From sequence record SRR22947727_966: a DNA stretch of 55,526 nucleotides; one strand, written 5' to 3'. This document shows, piece by piece, positions 44,129-54,687 of this stretch. Position 1 is the first letter of the stretch, and each line of letters begins with the position of its first letter. A model generated the notes under the pieces. That model did not search any database and was not told the DNA's origin. It saw only the letters and a program-made list of their open reading frames with translations. The position numbers were made by a program, and so were the translations under genes.

Positions 44129-45892
44129 TCAATCCTCGTCGTTGTAGTTATCAATAATCGGCAGCGTCACCTCGAAGACCGCGCCCGATTGGTCACTGTT
44201 ACGCGCCACCAAACGCCCCCCAAGATCGGAAACAATCCCTGAGGAGATTGCCAAACCAAGCCCGACCCCATCGCCGGGCTTCTTGGTGGTAAAAAACGGC
44301 TCAAACAGGTCATCGAGATCTGAAATTCCTTCCCCATTATCCCGCACAGTCAAGGTCGCTGTCTCACCGCCGATCAGCAAAAGCTCGATCTCGGGCGTGT
44401 CGATCATCGAAGTGGCATCAAGCGCATTGCGCAGCAAATTAACCACGACCTGCTCCAAACGCAGTTGGTCACCTAAAATCATAACAGGCGTGCTTGGCAC
44501 TGATGTAGATAGGGAGACTTGCCGCGATTTCAATTGCGGCTCCATAATTTCCAGAGCCCCATTGAGAGCCGCGCGCACGTCCACAGGCACCAAATCATCG
44601 CCGCCCTTACGCGCATAGGATTTAAGTTGCCGGGTGATAGCACTCATGCGGCCAATAAGATCGTCAATCCGTTGAAAAGAGCTTAAAGCCTCGTCCATAC
44701 GTTTGCGCTGAAGCAACAGCTTGGCCCCCGCAAGATAGGTTTTCATGGCGGCCAAAGGCTGATTTAGCTCATGGCTGACCGCTGCGGACATTTCCCCCAG
44801 AGCCGCCAATTTCGAAGACTGCGCCAGGGTTTGCTCGGCCACTTGCAGGTTCTTCTCGACCTTTTGGCGCTCTGAAATCTCTCGCTGCAAACGCAGGTTG
44901 AGTTGCCGCAGGTCATCAGATTCTTGTTGGAAAAACAGCGCGCGCGTTAAGGTTTGCCGCGACAGTTGATAAAAGGCCAAGGTAAACAGGATTGAAAACC
45001 CCATGATCTCCAGGGCCAATACCGCATTCACCCTCTGGCGAATTCCGCCATAGGTGGTGAATAAAACCATGGTCCAACCCCGAAACGGCACCCGCAATTC
45101 GCGCCGCATAACCGCCCGCCCTTGCACATAGGCATCCGCCGGCAGGGCTGTCCAATCTTGCGTGGCCCGAATGGCGCGCTCAATCGCACTGGGCGCGGAG
45201 CGCAGCGCAAGCGCCTCCTCTTCGGGCAGGCCAATCCAAGTTTTTTCCGTGGCCAAAACAATCGGACCATTGGGGAGCGACACAATCACCGCGTCAGATA
45301 TCCCCGCCCAAGCCGATTGAAACTTTCGCAAATCCACCTCAACCACGATCACGCCAAGGGTTTTGTTATTGGCCACCACGCGGCGTGAATAGGCAAAATC
45401 ATACCCGCCAACATCCATCTGATGGGTGGTAAACACCGTTTCGCTGGCCCGGGCCGCCTCAACGAAATGTGGCAAATTGCGCTGTATTTCACCCAAGCGA
45501 TTGCGATCTGTCGCCGCCACAACGCGGCCATCCAAATCCAACAGCAAAATCGCCGCCGCGCCGATTTCGTCCACAAATGACAGCAAGCGCTGCGAGGTCC
45601 GCTGATAATCTCGAGAGCTCAACGCCCCCACCAGCTCCGCATCACTGCTGAGGAGTCTGGGCACAATCGAGTTGCGTTGCAGCTCGCTGACCATATTGCC
45701 CGAGTAAAGCGCAAGCCGCAGCTGCGCCCTTTGCAGGGTGGATTGCGTAAACCTTGCGGTGAGCAATTGGTTGGTAAAATAGACTGTGCCGACCGCGATC
45801 AAGAAAATTGTCAACAAAGCGATCCGCACGCGCCAAGACAGGTTGGCGACACGCGGTGCGAGTGTTTCAGAATTTTCTGTAACGGAAGACAT
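44129..45892 (-). CDS. DctB-like sensor histidine kinase
   Basis: Two TM segments around a periplasmic domain, H-box SHELNQPL, NLLRNALDA, DNGEG, GLGLAIS. Confidence 0.88.
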   Translation of the reverse strand: MSSVTENSETLAPRVANLSWRVRIALLTIFLIAVGTVYFTNQLLTARFTQSTLQRAQLRLALYSGNMVSELQRNSIVPRLLSSDAELVGALSSRDYQRTSQRLLSFVDEIGAAAILLLDLDGRVVAATDRNRLGEIQRNLPHFVEAARASETVFTTHQMDVGGYDFAYSRRVVANNKTLGVIVVEVDLRKFQSAWAGISDAVIVSLPNGPIVLATEKTWIGLPEEEALALRSAPSAIERAIRATQDWTALPADAYVQGRAVMRRELRVPFRGWTMVLFTTYGGIRQRVNAVLALEIMGFSILFTLAFYQLSRQTLTRALFFQQESDDLRQLNLRLQREISERQKVEKNLQVAEQTLAQSSKLAALGEMSAAVSHELNQPLAAMKTYLAGAKLLLQRKRMDEALSSFQRIDDLIGRMSAITRQLKSYARKGGDDLVPVDVRAALNGALEIMEPQLKSRQVSLSTSVPSTPVMILGDQLRLEQVVVNLLRNALDATSMIDTPEIELLLIGGETATLTVRDNGEGISDLDDLFEPFFTTKKPGDGVGLGLAISSGIVSDLGGRLVARNSDQSGAVFEVTLPIIDNYNDED

Positions 45893-45937
45893 GCACTAGC
45901 GTTACGGTGCTCGGCGCCGCCATTCAAGCGGCCAAGC

Positions 45938-46606
45938 CTAGGCCTGAGTGGTTTGCCCCACCAACGCGCGGAAAAGCGCCTGCCCATCGGCGGATCCCAT
46001 CTGCGCATCCATCGCACGCTCGGGATGGGGCATCATGCCCAAAACCCGGCGGTTGGCTGATAAGACCCCCGCAATGGACGACATCGACCCATTGGGATTG
46101 TCGCTATAGCGAAACGCCACCCGGTCTTCACCGTCCAGGGCTTTCAGCTCATCTTCCGTCGCATAGTAATTGCCGTCATGATGCGCAATTGGCACTTGTA
46201 TTTCAGAGCCTTGGCTATAGGCCTCGGTAAAAGCGCTGCCCTGTGTTTCAACGGTCAATCCGACGGTTTTGCACAGAAATTTCAACCCAGAATTGCGCAT
46301 TAACGCACCAGGAACCAGACCGGTTTCACTCAAGACTTGAAAGCCATTGCAGACCCCCAAGACATAGCCGCCACGATGGGCATGATCGACCACCGCCCGG
46401 CAAATGGGAGATTGCGCCGCAATCGCACCGCACCGCAGGTAATCGCCAAAAGAAAACCCACCGGGAATCGCGACAAGATCTAATCCCTGCGGCAGGTCGG
46501 CGTCCTTGTGCCAAACCTTGGCCACATCAGCGCCCGATTGGCGCAGCGCCTCAACCATGTCACGATCACAGTTCGATCCGGGAAATACAACAACCGCGGC
46601 GCGCAT
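45938..46606 (-). CDS. purQ: FGAM synthase glutaminase subunit
   Basis: [31 protein letters not shown]. Confidence 0.96.
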   Translation of the reverse strand: MRAAVVVFPGSNCDRDMVEALRQSGADVAKVWHKDADLPQGLDLVAIPGGFSFGDYLRCGAIAAQSPICRAVVDHAHRGGYVLGVCNGFQVLSETGLVPGALMRNSGLKFLCKTVGLTVETQGSAFTEAYSQGSEIQVPIAHHDGNYYATEDELKALDGEDRVAFRYSDNPNGSMSSIAGVLSANRRVLGMMPHPERAMDAQMGSADGQALFRALVGQTTQA

Positions 46607-46836
46607 TATGCGATGTCCAGCTGATAGCTTTCAATCACCGCATTCACCAAAAGGCGATTGCACATCTCATCGATCTGCGCCGGATCTGTACCCTCGGCCA
46701 AGTCCAGCTCGATCACCTTGCCCTGACGCACGGAATTCACCCCGGAAAAGCCAAGGCCTCCAAGCGCCGATTTAACGGCCTCGCCTTGCGGATCGAGCAC
46801 ACCATTCTTGAGCATCACTGTGACGATAGCTTTCAT
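46606..46836 (-). CDS. purS: FGAM synthase subunit PurS
   Basis: [23 protein letters not shown]. Confidence 0.95.
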   Translation of the reverse strand: MKAIVTVMLKNGVLDPQGEAVKSALGGLGFSGVNSVRQGKVIELDLAEGTDPAQIDEMCNRLLVNAVIESYQLDIA

Positions 46837-46852
46837 TGTCTTGTCCTTCAGG

Positions 46853-47614
46853 TCAGTTGATCAAAGTAGGCTTGCTGATGGGCGCTGGATTTTCCGGCAA
46901 TACGCCCAAGCGGCGCGCCACCTCTGCATAGGCATCTGTCAGACTACCCAAATCACGGCGGAACACATCTTTGTCGAGTTTTTCACCGGTTTTGAGATCC
47001 CAAAGCCGGCAGCTGTCGGGGCTGATTTCATCTGCGATGATCAGACGTTGATAATCGCCCTCATAGACGCGGCCGATTTCAATTTTGAAATCCGCAACGC
47101 GAATGCCAACCCCATACATGACGCCGGAAAGAAAATCATTCACGCGCAACGCCAGTGCCAACATGTCGTCCAAATCTTGTTGGCTGGCCCAGTTGAACGC
47201 GATGATATGTTCTTCTGACACCAATGGATCGCCCAGAGAATCATCTTTCAAACAAAATTCGACGATCGGACGCGGCAGGGCCGTGCCCTCCTCAATGCCC
47301 AAACGCTTGGACATCGTGCCAGCGGCATAATTGCGCACGATAACTTCCAATGGCACGATCTCAACCGCCCGGATCAACTGCTCGCGCATATTGAGGCTTT
47401 TGATGAAATGGGTCGGAATGCCCAAAGTATTGAGACCGGTCATAAAAAATTCGGACAAGCGGTTATTCAACACCCCTTTACCTTCAATGATATCTTTCTT
47501 CTCTGCATTGAATGCAGTGGCATCATCTTTGAAATATTGAACCAAAGTGCCTGGCTCTGGACCCTCATAGAGGATCTTTGCCTTGCCTTCATAAACCAAC
47601 TTGCGACGTGCCAT
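46853..47614 (-). CDS. purC: SAICAR synthase
   Basis: [39 protein letters not shown]. Confidence 0.97.
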   Translation of the reverse strand: MARRKLVYEGKAKILYEGPEPGTLVQYFKDDATAFNAEKKDIIEGKGVLNNRLSEFFMTGLNTLGIPTHFIKSLNMREQLIRAVEIVPLEVIVRNYAAGTMSKRLGIEEGTALPRPIVEFCLKDDSLGDPLVSEEHIIAFNWASQQDLDDMLALALRVNDFLSGVMYGVGIRVADFKIEIGRVYEGDYQRLIIADEISPDSCRLWDLKTGEKLDKDVFRRDLGSLTDAYAEVARRLGVLPENPAPISKPTLIN

Positions 47615-47818
47615 GTGACTCTCCGTACTTTGCTCGCCTCATATGGCAATGTGCGACGGGCGGCAAGTCGGCACGGGCGCTCTCGCCCTCGGAATACGAC
47701 AAGTTTTTTGCCCAGGGCTAAAAACATATGCGGAGAGATCCAAACGGGATGGCCTTTTGGAACCGGTATTATTTGGGGGTGGCGGGCCCGGCCCCGATCG
47801 CCAAATTTTCATAATCTT

Positions 47819-47844
47819 CATGATAAAAATCAATTTCAATCATG
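47819..47844. promoter_or_regulatory. Candidate LysR-type (MetR-like) site upstream of the bmt-like gene
   Basis: AT-rich dyad CATGAT-N14-ATCATG containing a T-N11-A box, immediately before a TTGACT hexamer. Confidence 0.3.
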
Positions 47845-47894
47845 TTTGACTTTCGGGCATTACAGAAGCTCTGAATTATCAAAAAGGTCATGAC

Positions 47895-48923
47895 ATGTCA
47901 GCAATCTCGCAAAGCCCGTTACAACGCATGCTGGCAAAGCGTGATTGGATATTGGCCGATGGCGCCACGGGCACCAATTTGTTCAACATGGGGCTGTCTT
48001 CGGGTGATGCGCCGGAGCTGTGGAATGACACCGCACCCGATAAAATCAAAGCGCTCTACAAAGGCAGCGTGGATGCTGGATCCGATTTATTCCTGACCAA
48101 TTCTTTTGGCGGCAATAGGTCCCGGCTAAAACTTCATGGCGCTGAAGCACGCGCGGCAGAGCTGTCGCGCATCTCGGCGCAAATTGGTCGTGAAGTGGCC
48201 GATGCCTCTGGTCGTGAGGTCATCGTCGCAGGCTCCGTCGGGCCTACCGGCGAAATCATGGAGCCCATGGGCCCGCTCTCCTATGCTGTGGCCGTGGAAA
48301 TTTTCCACGAACAGGCCGAGGGTTTGAAAGCCGGTGGCGCAGATGTGGCTTGGGTCGAAACCATCTCTTTCGGTGACGAGTATCGCGCGGCAGCTGAGGC
48401 CTTTGCCCTGGCAGATATGCCCTGGGTCGGCACGATGAGTTTTGATACGGCTGGGCGCACAATGATGGGCATCACAGCACCCGATATGGTGAAACTGCTG
48501 GACAAAATTCCGAACAAACCGCTCGCCTTTGGGGCCAATTGTGGCGTGGGAGCGTCGGATCTGCTGCGGACGATCTTGGGATTTTCCGCCACGGGCACGC
48601 AAACGCCCATCGTTGCAAAAGGCAATGCGGGCATCCCAAAATATCACGACGGCCATATCCATTATGACGGCACGCCAGAGCTGATGGCCCATTATGCCAC
48701 CTTGGCCCGCGACTGCGGCGCAACCATCATTGGCGGCTGTTGCGGCACCACACCGGAACATCTGCGCGCCATGCGCACAGCATTGGAAACACATGTGCCA
48801 CAAGACCGCCCCAGCTTACAGGACATCGAGTCCGCTCTGGGCGGCTTCTCCTCAGGCAGCGACGGCACGGATGGCACGGGCCCCACCCGCTTGCGGCAAA
48901 ACCGCAGGCGGCGCAGCAGCTAA
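47895..48923 (+). CDS. bmt: Homocysteine S-methyltransferase domain protein (Bmt-like; stand-alone MetH N-terminal module)
   Basis: LADGATGT, AGSVGP, and Zn-binding GANCG and GGCCG motifs. Confidence 0.85.
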   Translation: MSAISQSPLQRMLAKRDWILADGATGTNLFNMGLSSGDAPELWNDTAPDKIKALYKGSVDAGSDLFLTNSFGGNRSRLKLHGAEARAAELSRISAQIGREVADASGREVIVAGSVGPTGEIMEPMGPLSYAVAVEIFHEQAEGLKAGGADVAWVETISFGDEYRAAAEAFALADMPWVGTMSFDTAGRTMMGITAPDMVKLLDKIPNKPLAFGANCGVGASDLLRTILGFSATGTQTPIVAKGNAGIPKYHDGHIHYDGTPELMAHYATLARDCGATIIGGCCGTTPEHLRAMRTALETHVPQDRPSLQDIESALGGFSSGSDGTDGTGPTRLRQNRRRRSS

Positions 48924-49062
48924 GACGCACGAACCGCCACAAACAGAGGGCATTGTGCAAAAGGTCGGTAGCGGCAGCCTTGTTGTCGCAATCGGTGAAG
49001 ACCAAATCGATCCACCGACCGCATACGGGGGAAGAGATATTCCATTAAGAAGGCGCTGGCCA

Positions 49063-49770
49063 ATGTCTGACCAAGAAGACGATATCATCCTATCCGAATT
49101 GAATGACGAAGATCTCGTCGCTCAAATGTTTGACGATCTCTATGACGGCTTGAAAGAGGAGATCGAAGAAGGCGTTAACATATTGCTCGAACGCAAATGG
49201 GAGCCTTACCGCATTTTGACCGAAGCTTTGGTCGGCGGCATGACCATCGTGGGCAATGACTTCCGGGACGGCATTTTGTTTGTGCCTGAAGTTCTGCTTG
49301 CAGCCAATGCAATGAAAGGTGGCATGGCCATCTTGAAACCCTTGCTGATTGAAACCGGTGCACCGCGCGTCGGAAAAATGGTGATTGGTACGGTCAAAGG
49401 GGACATCCATGACATCGGCAAAAACTTGGTCGGCATGATGATGGAAGGCGCCGGATTTGAGGTTGTGGATCTGGGCATCAACAACTCGGTTGAATCCTAT
49501 CTTGAAGCCATTGAAGCCGAAACGCCCGATATCCTGGGCATGTCTGCACTTTTGACCACCACAATGCCCTACATGAAAGTTGTGATCGACACGATGGTCG
49601 AAAAAGGCATGCGCGATGATTACACAGTTTTGGTGGGTGGCGCGCCGTTGAATGAGGAATTTGGCAAGGCCATTGGTGCCGATGCCTATTGCCGCGATGC
49701 CGCGGTTGCTGTGGAAACGGCAAAGGAATTCATGGCCCGCAAACACAACATTCTGGCCGCCAACGCGTAA
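49063..49770 (+). CDS. Stand-alone cobalamin-binding (corrinoid) protein
   Basis: Cap helix FVPEVL..A.AM and B12 motif GDIHDIGKN...MSAL...VGGA; start moved to ATG 49063. Confidence 0.92.
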   Translation: MSDQEDDIILSELNDEDLVAQMFDDLYDGLKEEIEEGVNILLERKWEPYRILTEALVGGMTIVGNDFRDGILFVPEVLLAANAMKGGMAILKPLLIETGAPRVGKMVIGTVKGDIHDIGKNLVGMMMEGAGFEVVDLGINNSVESYLEAIEAETPDILGMSALLTTTMPYMKVVIDTMVEKGMRDDYTVLVGGAPLNEEFGKAIGADAYCRDAAVAVETAKEFMARKHNILAANA

Positions 49771-49795
49771 AAACAAAACGCAGCAAAGCGCTTAT

Positions 49796-49827
49796 GCGGC
49801 CCGACCTGTCTCAGGTGGGGCCGTTTT
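49796..49827 (+). terminator. Intrinsic terminator-like hairpin after the corrinoid gene
   Basis: GCGGCCCGACCTG-TCT-CAGGTGGGGCCG followed by TTTT. Confidence 0.6.
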
Positions 49828-49853
49828 CGTGACAATAGCGCAGGAGACGTGCG

Positions 49854-50498
49854 ATGGGACACCCCGTTTCAGACGACCAGCTCGCGACCGAAGGCATGCA
49901 GCTGCGCAATCAAGGCCGGGTGCTGCTGATTGCTTGCGGGGCTTTGGCGCGGGAAATCCTGGCTTTAATGAAGGCAAATGAGTGGCAGCATATGGATTTG
50001 CAATGCCTGCCCGCCATCTATCACAACACCCCAGAGAAAATCACGCCAGCGGTCAAAGGCTATATCGAAAAACACCGGGGTGATTATTCCGACATTTTCG
50101 TCGTCTATGCGGATTGCGGCACCGGGGGGCAGCTGCAAACCCTCTGCGATGAGATGGGCGTGTCAATGATTGCCGGGCCGCATTGTTACAGTTTCTTTGA
50201 GGGCAATGCCGCCTTTGAAGCCCGCGAGGAGCTGACGTGCTTTTACCTCACCGATTTTTTGGTGCGCCAGTTTGATGCCTTTTTCTGGCGACCAATGGGC
50301 TTGGACAAACACCCGCAATTGCGCGATATGTATTTTGGCAATTACACCACCCTAGTCTATCAAGCACAGCTCAAAGATGCTGCACTTGAGGCCAAAGCAA
50401 AGGATTGCGCGCGCCGCATGGGGCTTGCCTATGAGTATCGCTATACCGGATACGGAGATTTGGCGCCGGCTTTGGCCGCGCTGTCCTCACCCTCTTAA
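49854..50498 (+). CDS. DUF1638-like protein
   Basis: LIACGAL..E, LPA..HNTP, YADCGTGG, HCY, YLTDFL; follows the corrinoid gene. Confidence 0.78.
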   Translation: MGHPVSDDQLATEGMQLRNQGRVLLIACGALAREILALMKANEWQHMDLQCLPAIYHNTPEKITPAVKGYIEKHRGDYSDIFVVYADCGTGGQLQTLCDEMGVSMIAGPHCYSFFEGNAAFEAREELTCFYLTDFLVRQFDAFFWRPMGLDKHPQLRDMYFGNYTTLVYQAQLKDAALEAKAKDCARRMGLAYEYRYTGYGDLAPALAALSSPS

Positions 50499-50905
50499 GC
50501 GGCCGCTGCCGCCGTCTGCACCACACGCGCCACCATGGCCCTCAAGCCGTTGGACCGCTGCGAGGACAGATGCTCATTGAGACCCAACCGCGCCAGCTCC
50601 CCAGCCACATCGACCTTGCCGATCTCCTCAATCGCAAGACCGGAATAGAGTGTGATCAGAACCGCAATGAGCCCCCGCACAATGATCGCATCACTGTCGC
50701 CAATGAAGGTCAAAGTGCCCTTTTCAATAGTCATATGCAGCCAGACCTGCGACGCACAGCCCTCAACCTTGGTGGCCGGAACTTTGAGCGCCTCTGGCAT
50801 GTCCGGCAAAGCCTTGCCCAGCTCAATCACATGACGATAGCGTACTTCCCAATCATCGAGAAATTCAAATGTTTCAACTAAATCTTCAAACCCGGCTTGC
50901 GCCAT
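50495..50905 (-). CDS. sufE: SufE-family sulfur acceptor
   Basis: DDWE.RY, KVEGCASQVW, DSDAIIVRGL, LSSQRSNG. Confidence 0.92.
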   Translation of the reverse strand: MAQAGFEDLVETFEFLDDWEVRYRHVIELGKALPDMPEALKVPATKVEGCASQVWLHMTIEKGTLTFIGDSDAIIVRGLIAVLITLYSGLAIEEIGKVDVAGELARLGLNEHLSSQRSNGLRAMVARVVQTAAAAA

Positions 50906-50940
50906 GGAGCTCTCCTATTTCGTTTGCCTCTGGACCTGCG

Positions 50941-52098
50941 TCACAGCTCAAACAGTTTCACTTTATTGCCCTTCACGGCCAAGCCAACCTTGCCTTCGCA
51001 AAGCCGCAAAGCATCCGAACCAAAGACATCCATGCGCCAGCCCTTTAAAGACGGCACATCCCGTTGCCCGGCGGCCAAAGCATCCAGCTCTGCCGTGCTG
51101 GCGATCATCTTTTGCGCCACATCGGAGCGTTCAGATTTGGCTTTCAATAACACCCTAAGAAGATCGGCCAACGCCGGATTGACCTGGAGCTTGTCATTCA
51201 CCTTCGGCAACCTTGGATAGCTGTCCGCATCCATGGCATTCACCGTTTTGATTGCGTTCAAAATTCCCTCAGCGATGTCACCCTTGCGCGCTTCGCGCAG
51301 CAGCAGGCGCGATTTGCTCAAATCTTCCTGTGTGGTGGGTTTGGTGGAGGCCAATTCGACCATCGCATCATCTTTAAACACCCGATTGCGCGGAATATTT
51401 CGCGTCTTCGCATAAGATTCCCGAAAGGCGGCCAATTCGCGAAGATAGGCAAGAAATTTATTTGAGTTGGTCCGTGTTTTCACCCGGCGCCATGCCTCAG
51501 AGGGCACGACATCATAAATGGCAGGATCCGTCAAAGATTGCGTTTCCTCAACCACCCAAGCCGTGCGCCCGCTGCGCTCCAACTCCGCTTTTAAAAACTC
51601 ATAGACCCCCCGCAAATGGGTCACATCCGCCAGCGCATAGATCTTTTGGGCCTCGGTCAGCGGGCGGCGCGACCAATCGGTGAAGCGCGAAGATTTGTCC
51701 ACCTGTTGTTTGACAATTTTGCGCACCAAAGTCTCATAGCCCACCTGCTCCCCAAAGCCGCAAACCATCGCCGCGATTTGCGTATCAAACAGGGGGGTAG
51801 GAAAAATTTCAGCATCATTCCAAAAAATTTCAAGATCTTGACGGGCCGCATGGAAGACTTTCACAACAGAGGTGTCACGAAACAGGCGGTGTAGCGGCTC
51901 AAGCGACATCTCAGAAGACAAAGGATCGACCAAAACAGCATCCGCCTCATTCTCCCCCGGAACTGCCATTTGCAGTAAACAGAGCTTGGAATAATAGGTG
52001 CGCTCTCTGAGAAATTCAGTGTCGATGGTCACATAGGGATAGCCCTGCGCCCTTGTGCAAAAGGCTTCAAGCTCGGCTTGTGTGGTCAATGTTTGCAT
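50941..52098 (-). CDS. rnd: Ribonuclease D
   Basis: IDTEFLRE, KVFHAARQD, FDTQIAA, TDWSRRPL...YALADV, HRDC-like region. Confidence 0.95.
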   Translation of the reverse strand: MQTLTTQAELEAFCTRAQGYPYVTIDTEFLRERTYYSKLCLLQMAVPGENEADAVLVDPLSSEMSLEPLHRLFRDTSVVKVFHAARQDLEIFWNDAEIFPTPLFDTQIAAMVCGFGEQVGYETLVRKIVKQQVDKSSRFTDWSRRPLTEAQKIYALADVTHLRGVYEFLKAELERSGRTAWVVEETQSLTDPAIYDVVPSEAWRRVKTRTNSNKFLAYLRELAAFRESYAKTRNIPRNRVFKDDAMVELASTKPTTQEDLSKSRLLLREARKGDIAEGILNAIKTVNAMDADSYPRLPKVNDKLQVNPALADLLRVLLKAKSERSDVAQKMIASTAELDALAAGQRDVPSLKGWRMDVFGSDALRLCEGKVGLAVKGNKVKLFEL

Positions 52099-52176
52099 AG
52101 GCTGTCCGGCTGTTTGAGAGATATTCGGGGCACAATATGGCGAAACCCCGCGAAAAGAAAGCGGCCATAGCCCAGG

Positions 52177-52755
52177 CTAGCTGGGCGGCTCGAAATGGGT
52201 CAAGAAAGTCCGCAAGACCTTTGGATAGAGAAGGTGCTCTTGCTCCAAAACACGATCTGCAAGATCTTGCGCCGTATCACCGGGCAAGATGGGCACCTCA
52301 CTTTGCCCCAGAACCGGGCCAGCATCCAATTGTGGCACAACCTCATGCACAGAGCATCCCGCAAGCGCGTCACCGGCCGCCAAGGCGCGTTGATGGGTGT
52401 GGAGCCCCTGATACTTTGGCAAAAGCGAAGGATGAATATTGAGCATCCGCCCCCGCCAAGCGCTGACAAACTCCGCGCCCAAAATTCGCATGAACCCTGC
52501 CAAGCATATCACATCAATCTCATAGGCCATGAGGATCTTGTGCAGCTCGGTTTCAAAACTGGCTCGGTCTTCACCGAAAGTCCGATGATCCAATACCTCT
52601 GTCGCAACGCCCATTGCCTGAGCCCTAACCAGCCCGCCAGCCTCGGGCCGGTTGGACAGCACCAAACGCGCGTGCCCTGGATGCGGCCGGGCCATATCCT
52701 CCAGCAACCGCAGCATATTGCTGCCGCCACCGGAAATCAGAATCGCAACGTTCAA
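52177..52755 (-). CDS. purN: Phosphoribosylglycinamide formyltransferase
   Basis: [31 protein letters not shown] start overlapping the purM stop. Confidence 0.96.
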   Translation of the reverse strand: MNVAILISGGGSNMLRLLEDMARPHPGHARLVLSNRPEAGGLVRAQAMGVATEVLDHRTFGEDRASFETELHKILMAYEIDVICLAGFMRILGAEFVSAWRGRMLNIHPSLLPKYQGLHTHQRALAAGDALAGCSVHEVVPQLDAGPVLGQSEVPILPGDTAQDLADRVLEQEHLLYPKVLRTFLTHFEPPS

Positions 52756-53792
52756 AATGGCAATTGCCCCATGTAGCTGACGCCCTGACCAGGGATCACT
52801 TCACCCAAGCGGACCGGGCTCATCCCCTGCGCGCTCAAAGCGGCCGTAACCGCCGTGACCTGCGCCGGCTCTACCGCCAGGATCATGCCAATGCCACAAT
52901 TAAAGGTCTTGAGCATTTCTGCCTCAGAAATTCCGCCAGCCTGCGCCAGCCAGGCCATGATCGGCAAAGCTGGGATGCGCTGCAAATCAATCGTGGCACC
53001 CAGATCATCGGGCAAAACCCGCGGCAAGTTTTCGGTCAGCCCGCCGCCGGTGATATGCGCCATGGCATGAACCCCGCCTGTTTTGAGGGCCGCCAGACAG
53101 GCTTTTACGTAAAGGGCCGTTGGGGTCAAAAGCGCCGCGCCGAGCGTGCCGGTGCCGAATGGTGCCGGGCTGTCCCAGGTGAGCCCCTGGTCAGCCACAA
53201 TTCTGCGCACCAGGGAAAACCCGTTCGAATGCACACCGCTGGACGGCAGACCGATGAGCACATCGCCCAAAGCCACAGCTTGCGGCAAATGCGTGCCGCG
53301 CTCCATCGCACCGACAGCAAAGCCAGCCAAATCAAAATCGTCCTTGGCATACATCCCAGGCATCTCGGCTGTCTCCCCGCCGATCAAGGCGCAGCCAGAC
53401 AGGCGGCAGCCCTCAGCAATGCCCTCGATGACCTTGGTGGCTTGATCCACATGCAGCTTGCCGGTGGCGAAATAATCTAGGAAAAACAGTGGCTCTGCAC
53501 CCTGACAGATCAGGTCGTTGACGCACATGGCCACAAGATCAATGCCAACCGTTGACACATCACCCGTATCAATTGCCAAACGCAGCTTGGTGCCGACCCC
53601 ATCGGTTGCACCGACAAGAATCGGATCGTCATAGCCCGCTGCTTTGGGATCAAACATCGCGCCAAATCCGCCCAGGCCTGACATAGACCCAGACCGTTGT
53701 GTAGATTTGCTGGCCGGTTTGATCCGCTCCACCAATTCATTGCCCGCATCAATATCAACGCCGGCCTGCGCATATGTTAAACCTTGGGTCAT
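52752..53792 (-). CDS. purM: AIR synthase
   Basis: [43 protein letters not shown]; start moved to ATG 53792. Confidence 0.97.
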   Translation of the reverse strand: MTQGLTYAQAGVDIDAGNELVERIKPASKSTQRSGSMSGLGGFGAMFDPKAAGYDDPILVGATDGVGTKLRLAIDTGDVSTVGIDLVAMCVNDLICQGAEPLFFLDYFATGKLHVDQATKVIEGIAEGCRLSGCALIGGETAEMPGMYAKDDFDLAGFAVGAMERGTHLPQAVALGDVLIGLPSSGVHSNGFSLVRRIVADQGLTWDSPAPFGTGTLGAALLTPTALYVKACLAALKTGGVHAMAHITGGGLTENLPRVLPDDLGATIDLQRIPALPIMAWLAQAGGISEAEMLKTFNCGIGMILAVEPAQVTAVTAALSAQGMSPVRLGEVIPGQGVSYMGQLPF

Positions 53793-53861
53793 TTGAGCAC
53801 CATTTATTGCAAATTCGCCGCTCCGATAACAGGCTCGGCGACACATGTCCATCAAGCCCGC

Positions 53862-53889
53862 TTGACCCTTGAGATTTCTCTGCTAGTCA
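53862..53889 (+). promoter_or_regulatory. Candidate sigma70 promoter of the tRNA
   Basis: TTGACC-N16-TAGTCA ending 10 nt before the tRNA; resembles the predicted nuo promoter. Confidence 0.5.
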
Positions 53890-53899
53890 GGGGCTACGG

Positions 53900-53976
53900 G
53901 GGCCTGTAGCTCAGCTGGTTAGAGCAGTCCGCTCATAACGGATTGGTCGCAGGTTCAAGTCCTGCCGGGCCTACCA
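53900..53976 (+). tRNA. tRNA with CAT anticodon, most likely tRNA-Ile2 (lysidine)
   Basis: 77-nt cloverleaf with TAGCTCAGCTGGTTAGAGC D arm, CTCATAA loop, GGTTCAAGTCC T arm and encoded CCA; C4-G69 and C5-G68 pairs; no initiator features. Confidence 0.92.
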
Positions 53977-54051
53977 TTTTTTGCATTTCTGCGGTGTCTT
54001 GCCCGCCAGCGAAATGGGTCAACCCCTTAGCAATCATGGCGCCTGTGCAAA

Positions 54052-54076
54052 GATCACCGGCCGGCCACCGGTGATC
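54052..54076. terminator. Hairpin between the tRNA and the convergent gene
   Basis: Perfect 9-bp stem GATCACCGG/CCGGTGATC with a 7-nt loop; short T run after it on the minus strand. Confidence 0.55.
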
Positions 54077-54100
54077 CAAATACCTCATGGGCTCTAGATA

Positions 54101-54511
54101 TTATGTGTAAATGATGTCACCCATCGTGAACATTATATAAAGGTGAAAAACCAACAATATGGCTGGCACGATATAGCCCTCTGCTGTCGCCTTTACACCT
54201 TCAACTTGCGCCCATTTGCCCTTAACCGTCGTATAACCAAACACAAGGAATAAGGCCGCTTGGATCGTCCCAAAGGCAAAGACGGACCAAGCCCCAACTG
54301 GAGAGGTCAACAACAGTATGAAATAAATAAGTGATTGCGTGAAAGTGTAAGTGCCACTCAGCTTGACCATAAACTCAGAACCCGCACCAAGCCCGTATTG
54401 ATCGATAAACCCATCGCTTAAAAACAGGCAGCGATACCCATAAAACCCGCCCATGAGGGCAGGAATTAAAATCGCAATAAAGTTGGCCAGTCCACCACTT
54501 GCTTCAATCAT
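54101..54511 (-). CDS. Hypothetical 4-TM membrane protein
   Basis: AAAGGAG RBS, four hydrophobic segments, AT-richer composition. Confidence 0.75.
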   Translation of the reverse strand: MIEASGGLANFIAILIPALMGGFYGYRCLFLSDGFIDQYGLGAGSEFMVKLSGTYTFTQSLIYFILLLTSPVGAWSVFAFGTIQAALFLVFGYTTVKGKWAQVEGVKATAEGYIVPAILLVFHLYIMFTMGDIIYT

Positions 54512-54687
54512 GTCGTCATCTCCTTTGTTACTTCAAACGCAATACCTAAAGAACGATCTTACGTTGTTCGGCATCAAGTCACCCCTGCGCGCCAAACGCA
54601 ATTTAAGTCACCGCCTATTGAGCGCGTGCAAATCCCGATAGGAAAGCAATATGTGACGTTACAGATCCTTTTGCCGCGCTCATACCT

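Noticed and set aside
48694..49062. Open frame upstream of the corrinoid gene reaching into bmt, which could allow a +1 frameshift fusion resembling MetH
   Set aside because: No slippery site seen, the extension looks non-coding, and MSDQEDDIILSEL is a plausible stand-alone N-terminus; likely chance in GC-rich DNA.
54576..54612. Direct repeat AAGTCACC occurring twice
   Set aside because: Only two 8-nt copies; not a CRISPR array or iteron set.
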